From Octopus vulgaris (Eukaryota): DNA of 64,000 nt. Where the stretch lies: the NCBI GenBank assembly GCA_951406725.2, contig OX597817.1:28024001-28088000 (forward strand), read 5' to 3'. The first letter of the stretch is position 1. Each line of letters starts with the position of its first letter. A program made the position numbers and the translations under genes. The notes under the pieces were generated by a model. The model was not told where the DNA came from. It saw only the letters and a list, made by a program, of their open reading frames with translations, and did not search any database. Shown here one piece after another: positions 57,429 to 64,000 of this stretch.

Positions 57429-57741
57429 CTTTAGATAATAGCAATGATACTGCCAAGTTCTTATGAGATATGGTTAGCGTAGGTATTTACTTTCCACTCA
57501 TTCCTAACTGAACTGGAATATTCTTTCTCAATGCAATAACGTTCGCAATGTTTTCGTCAATTGCGGAATATTTATTCCATTCCTCATAGGAGACTGAGGA
57601 GGCAGACAAGCCACTGATTTCCATCTTCCAAGTGAGGTCAACAATTTCCCCTCAATTAACTATCAAATATGCACTTACTCTGACTAGTGTAAGCATCTAT
57701 GTTGGTTTGTATATATATATATACTTTGAAGAATAGTGAAA

Positions 57742-57800
<59 letters not shown>

Positions 57801-57902
57801 TGCTGCCAGGCAGGCAGGCAGGCAGGTAGGTGAGGTAGGAAGTCGAACAAGCAGGCAGTCGGACTGATAGGCAGTCGGATAGGTATGGAGTAGCTAGCTA
57901 GT

Positions 57903-57967
<65 letters not shown>

Positions 57968-58088
57968 GATAGATAGATAGATAGACAGACAGATAGACAG
58001 ACAGACAGACATACAGGCAGACAGGCAGACAGGTAGGCAGTCGGACAGGTAGGGGGCAGCTAGCTAGCTAGCTAGATAGATAGATAGT

Positions 58089-58177
<89 letters not shown>

Positions 58178-58296
58178 GGATGACAGACAGACATGCAGGC
58201 AGGCAGGTGGGGCAGGCAGTCGGACAAGCAGGCAGTCGGACAGGTAGGCAGTCGGACAGGCAGGGGGTAGCCAGCTAGCTAGCTAGAGAGATAAAC

Positions 58297-58387
<91 letters not shown>

Positions 58388-58400
58388 AAGATAGATAGAT
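57742..58400. repeat. Compound GATA/GACA/GGCA satellite with ~3 higher-order units
   Basis: Recurring (GATA)n-(GACA)n-GGCAGTCGGACAGG-(TAGC)n blocks. Confidence 0.9.
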
Positions 58401-59389
58401 TGTTCTTTTATAGGTATAAATTACCTGGGAAATAATTTCCTTTCTAATAAAATGTATTTGGCTTACACGTCACATAAGCAAGCGAGGAAACAGAATTGTC
58501 GGAGAAAGCAGTACCTTTTGTAATTTCTGATAAATCAAATTGAAAGGGAATCTTGATGTGTTTGATGGAAAACATTTTAACATTTACGTCAGATATCGTA
58601 TAATCGCCTTATCAAATAGACTGACTGGAGCAAGAATAACCGAAAACAAAATGGCTGCCACATGCTAAAACATCATAGATGAGAGATTGTCTGAGATATA
58701 CACTTAATTCAATCAGTTGAGTAATGGAGGATAACACATTTATCTCGCGTGGAAAAGGATGTCGGACCCAACTTAAGACCACTACCTTTACACAAGTGAT
58801 CTTAACGAACGGCCGTGCAAAATGAATTGGATTTTTTCCGCGTGAAAACAAGTTTATCATCAATCAAAATATTCTTGACACGTTGCCAACAAACATAGTT
58901 TCAAAATTCTTCAAAACATTTAACAGAAAGAACCATATTCTTGTGGTTTCCAGCAACATTATTATGAAGAAAAAGAAGCATAATAGCATTTCTCTTCTCT
59001 TGATCAATTTATCTTCTTTAATTATTCGTTCAATATTACTGTAACTAAACAATCAAATTTCCACAGCCATTTTCAATGCAAGCTGAACTGAATGTAAATT
59101 CATGTTTCGGTGGTTCGATTTAATGTCTATGCAACGCAGGCATATACAAATGGATCATTTAATATACATTCATCCCCAGGTTACGGCTAGTTCAGATTAT
59201 GGAATTCCGGTTTTACAGCAATTCTAAAGTAAGACCACTAACTTCAAGATACGGTCTATAATTTCGTTCTTATGGATTCTCAGATAAATTTTAACAATTT
59301 AAATGTTACACTTTCTTCTTAACCCAAAGGCTGATAGTCGACGATCTAAGATCAAACTATAGTTAACATTTGGAAAATATGTAATCATG

Positions 59390-59441
<52 letters not shown>

Positions 59442-59710
59442 AAGACAGAGAGGGGGTACTTGTGCAGAAGTGTTTGCGTATGCGTCTTTGTAAATACTTA
59501 CGGAATGGAGGGGTGAAATTCTTCATTATTAACGATTGTGTGTGGGATTTTGTCTATTTCCTTAGATCGTAATGAATATCTGCCTATCTATTTCTCACTC
59601 TATCTAGCTATTGAGCATATACATTCATACATACATATGTGTGTGTGCGTGCGTGTATGTATGTCTTTATGTGTGTGTATACGTAATACATATATATATA
59701 TATATATATA

Positions 59711-60232
59711 CTAGCAGTATCGCCCGGCGTTGCTCGGGTTTGTAAGGGAAATAACTATATAAGCATTTTTAGAGAGTTACTTCCCTTATAGATGCCAATC
59801 CGGGCTTTCTTAGCCATTTCTGTTTTGGTGTCTTCAAGCAATGAAGTCGTTGTTCTAAAAGAACGCTGGTCTCCTTGACAACGCTTTACGACGTTGATTT
59901 CCTTACACTCCCTTCCCCACAGCTTCACGAGGGAGGGAAGAAGGGGGAGAAGCAAACAGGTGCAGGTGTGACCATGGACGCCAACTCCGCCGCCATCGAC
60001 ACACGAAAAATTATGCATTAAAATGGAATAAAAAATGATGTTAAATTATTTTTAAAATCGTAGACTCATCGTAGACGCGCGCTAATATTCAGACGGGCTC
60101 GATATGAATCACGACTATAAGATATCCGAATTTGGTTAAACTGCACCGCAAAATGTGGGAGTAGTTAGGAATCTAAATCGAAGGGGACAGACACTCACAC
60201 AACTACAGTTTTATATATATATATATATAAGA
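59711..60232 (-). mobile_element. Non-autonomous Helitron
   Basis: A|CTAGCAGTATCGCCCGGCGTTGCTCGGGTTTGTAAGGG matches the reverse complement of the 26556-26822 3' end. Confidence 0.82.
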
Positions 60233-60242
60233 TATATATATA

Positions 60243-60331
<89 letters not shown>

Positions 60332-60516
60332 TATATTATTTAAAACAGTTCTATTCGGCCCCAGGCAACTTAAGTTTCGTAGACTCGTCACATGGACGAA
60401 GCCCACTGGGCTCAGACGAGAGGTCAAATGAAACTCTCTTTTGAATAATGATATACGTAAATCCTACTAACCGTGTTGAGTGCCTCTTTCTTCCGTCTCT
60501 TCGCTCACTTGCATGC

Positions 60517-60547
<31 letters not shown>

Positions 60548-61409
60548 CGCGCGTGCATGTGCGTATGTGCGTGTGTGTGTGCGTGTGTCTGTGTGAGTAT
60601 GTGTGGTGTATGTGTGTGTGTGTATAAATCAACCTTTACTAGTACCACTGTCTTTCATCAACAACGCAATCAACACTAAAACCAATACAACCACTGTCAA
60701 TACAAAACCTAAAACTCCTTAATACGCAACAAGAGCAACTTTATTATGAACAAGATCAGAAGCTCCATTTTAAAAAGAGAGTCACGTGAGATAATGTGGT
60801 AAACAAGCGTATTATAAAACTTAAATGAAATATCATTGATCTTAGGCCAATGGTGATCGACGTTGAAACTAAACAGCAACAACATCAATATTATATCCGC
60901 CGCCACTTAATATCTCTCTCGCCATCATTGTGACCACTATTCCAATCTTGACCATCATCGACATCAGGTCCAATACAACCACCACCACCATCACTTCTAG
61001 CATATCAAATTTTGAATTGCCTACTTGCAACACTAATAACTGTATCAGAAACAGAGCAATGTCTGTAGCTACATATGATGTATGAAAACACAAGAGAGTG
61101 TATATGTGCGTCCATGTGTGTGTGTGCGCGCGTGAATTAATATGGCTTAAGTTAGAGGTGAAAAGAGTAAAATTTCTATGAACTAACTGAAATCATAAAT
61201 GTTCTTTGAACTAACTATAATCATAAATGCTCTTTACTTTCTTCTTCTCATTTCCATTCTTATATTAATAAGAATAAGACAAATTTTTTGCAATCAAGAA
61301 ACAGTCCTTTCCTAGTTCTACACTTTTCACTAGATATTTGTGGTGGATAATTGTTGATTCGTAGATTTACCTTCAATTCAAAATATCTGAAAAGAGACCA
61401 TCAAGTGGA

Positions 61410-61560
61410 TATGGAGGCAGTATTGCGAGAAGGTAGTACTGCAAAAGAGATTAAATTGTATGTTAAACTCGATGCTTTTAAAAGCCTGTATATTGGGGGA
61501 AAGATCAACCCCATTGCCAAAACATTAAAGCTTGCAATGTCTACAGTAAGAACAATATAC
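61410..61560 (+). pseudogene. Relic of a pogo/Tigger transposase N-terminal HTH
   Basis: KEIKLYVKLDAFKSLYIGGKINPIAKTLKLAMSTVRTI resembles the CENP-B/psq-type HTH of Tigger transposases. Confidence 0.5.
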
Positions 61561-62482
61561 TGGTGTAAAAAACAAAAGAAATTCAAGTGCTCCAGTAGTT
61601 ACACCATTAACTGTTTGGATCTTATTTTTTCATGGAACTAATGTTATGATTAAAATGGAATGACATCACAGTATGGATCGAGGATAAGACAGGATGTAAT
61701 ATGTCGATAAACAGGGAGGTGATTTATGAAAAAAAATGGCCTTAAAAATTTTGCCAATTTACCAAAACATAATAATAATAATAATAAGAGGACGAAACTT
61801 CTACCGAAACCTGTTTCTAGTGAGTGAAAACAAGTTTGAAAGCCGTAAGAGTTATTGCAGTGATAGTTAAATGCGGCGTAATTTTGGTGGGTGAGTTTAT
61901 TGTTCATATTTTCGCCTGAAAAGCTGCTAAGCTGAATTTTGTGATGACTTCCAGCTATTTGTTTGTGTACATCTTTTAAAACGATGTGTCAAGCTGCGTC
62001 CCATTTGTGGAAGTTAAGCAATCAATAAATAGACCAGATTGAAATAATTTCTGGTGTCGGTATCGTCAATAAAACTTCCACCATGACTGTAGTTCAATAT
62101 TAATATTTCACCTGCTAAGACGAAAGATCGCTTTATTTAGGTATTTTACATTCATCAGAAAATGACAGCCATTTTATACCTTTATAAAGTATTAGTAAGC
62201 AAATCACTAAATCCCTAACTTACTTTATGCCATTGAATTTACTATTTACTTCTATATTTAATAATAATTTTGCAAATAGAATACACTTCATTGAAGATTG
62301 TCAAAAATGGTGAAATTTGCTTAAACTTTTCGATGCTTCCAATTGAGAATAATATTCTGCTTTACTGAATCCCATTAATTAGCTATTCAACATTTTTATC
62401 ATTAATATATGATTACATACAGTTATGCCGTGTATTATAGGTATATTTTTATAAATATGTTTTAATTTCATTATACGCGTGC

Positions 62483-62564
<82 letters not shown>

Positions 62565-62566
<2 letters not shown>

Positions 62567-63245
62567 ACAGGGCTCAGTAAATATTTGCTTTACCGCATAC
62601 CGAAGTTTAGAAATAGCACCCAGAGAACCTTGGCTATTTCCTCTACTTTAAAAAGAGATTCCCGGGACAAAAACAAAGTACTCGAAAACAATCCACGCAG
62701 GCAGAGATGAAGAATAACGAAAATCAATCGATATTTGATTACCCATATACGCGCTTCAGAATTAGTTCGGTATAAAGAATGTAAAATTTGTACTTTGCCC
62801 AAACACTTTCCTCGTTAGCATGGAACTTCACAGTATAATATAATATTAAATTCGGAGGCACTGGAAGAATAGAATGTACCTTTCCAACCAACAGAATTAG
62901 ACAGACTACCTACAACGTCAGTGCCGCCGAATTCAAAAATATACGAATGAGGTTCATCACCTTCCCTCGCCTATCCACGTGTGTCGTCAAGTAAAAATCT
63001 ACAGAAAAAACTAGTTTATTATCCGGGAGAAAATTATATTATCAATAATAACAAAGGGTAAAATTAATTAATTAACTAGTAATCAATCATTTTACCAAGT
63101 AGAATTCAGCATGGAAAGGGACCATTTCTCGGTAAATTTAAGTAATATTTTGTAACAGGGTTCAGCAAAGATTTGCTTTACCACATACCGAAGTTTAGAA
63201 ATAGCAGCCCGCGAACCTTAGCTATTTCCTCTACTTTAAAAAGAG
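62565..63245 (-). mobile_element. Retrozyme-like ~588-nt unit with 93-bp terminal redundancy and a decayed hammerhead
   Basis: Direct repeats 62565-62657 and 63153-63245; minus-strand CCATG-CTAACGA..GAAG-CGCG-TA-TATGG at 62743-62823; abuts (TA)n. Confidence 0.75.
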
Positions 63246-64000
63246 GGAATACTATAAAACAGACTAACAACATCTCCATCAATGACCTAACTGCTTTCCC
63301 TGAATCTGACGAGGAATGTTTCAGGTACCTTGGACTGGATAAAAACATATCTTACGATGGCACCTGTAACAAGACACATGTCACCAAAGAACATTACTGC
63401 CGAATAAAGAAAATATGGACCTCGGAACTGTCTGCATTCAATAAAATTGTAGCCTACAATGTGTCTGCAGCGGCAGTACTCATACCAACATTTGGATTAC
63501 TTCATAAGATGCTTGATGAGATGTGAGCCTTTGATGTTAAAACCCGGAAGATACTAACCAGCATACATAATTTCCACAGCAACAGTGACATAGACTGCCT
63601 CTACCTAAAACGAAAACAATGGGGCAGAAGCTTAACATCAATCCAGACAGTCTTTGAATGTCGTAGCATACCCCTTCGGCAATATCTTTTAATCGAAGTG
63701 TCGAAGTGTATCTCCTGACCAAGTTTTCTTACATGAGGCTGATAACATCATGAGACTTAGAAAGCAGAGCTCCTTGAGCAGCATTCCTTGTCTGATAACC
63801 TTAGATAAATGACCAAAAAAGCTGCACGACTTTACTGCAATGTATCATCAGATGAAAGGGTGAGCGTGTATGAGCAAAAACCATTCGTGGATATGCTAGT
63901 AAAAAGCTCCGAGATGATAGCAACATTAATCCTCAAAGCAGTCTATCATGGACTAACAACCGGGTCACTAACTCCCACATTCGAGAGCAAGGTTTGCAAT
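63246..64000 (+). mobile_element. Decayed R4/Dong-like LINE, post-RT region
   Basis: FRYLG..RIKKIWTSELSAFNKIVAYN..LIPTFG..DVKTRKILT..FHSNSDIDCLYLKRKQWGRSL; contains stops and runs off the window. Confidence 0.8.

Noticed and set aside
62604-62617. GTTTAGAAATAGC resembles the Cas9 sgRNA scaffold (also 48456, 63193)
   Set aside because: The match is short and AT-rich, the scaffold's GAAA loop is engineered, and there is no nuclease gene or array.

Overview
AT-rich eukaryotic DNA dense in microsatellites and transposons. The SINE families and (TA)n/(GATA)n load suggest a cephalopod (Octopus-like) intron or intergenic region; this is an inference. No intact host protein-coding gene is visible, and nearly all listed ORFs are microsatellite read-throughs or decayed transposon fragments. 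Contents: many tRNA-derived SINEs of about 4 modular types, decayed Penelope-like elements (PLEs), Tc1 and DD41D-type transposon relics, Tigger/mariner/hAT MITEs, three non-autonomous Helitrons, R4/Dong-like LINE fragments and a decayed 5S rRNA copy. The main signal is a set of small non-coding elements inserted at (TA)n arrays as partial tandem and/or fold-back copies. The best example (21609-22646) is two opposite, circularly permuted copies of a ~492-nt structured unit. Each carries an intact type I hammerhead ribozyme core with an unusually long stem II, making it a retrozyme-like element. A diverged ~588-nt relative (62565-63245, 48407-48650) and a second family sharing a covarying RNA module (13959, 49473, 56895) are also present. 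All structures were folded by eye.
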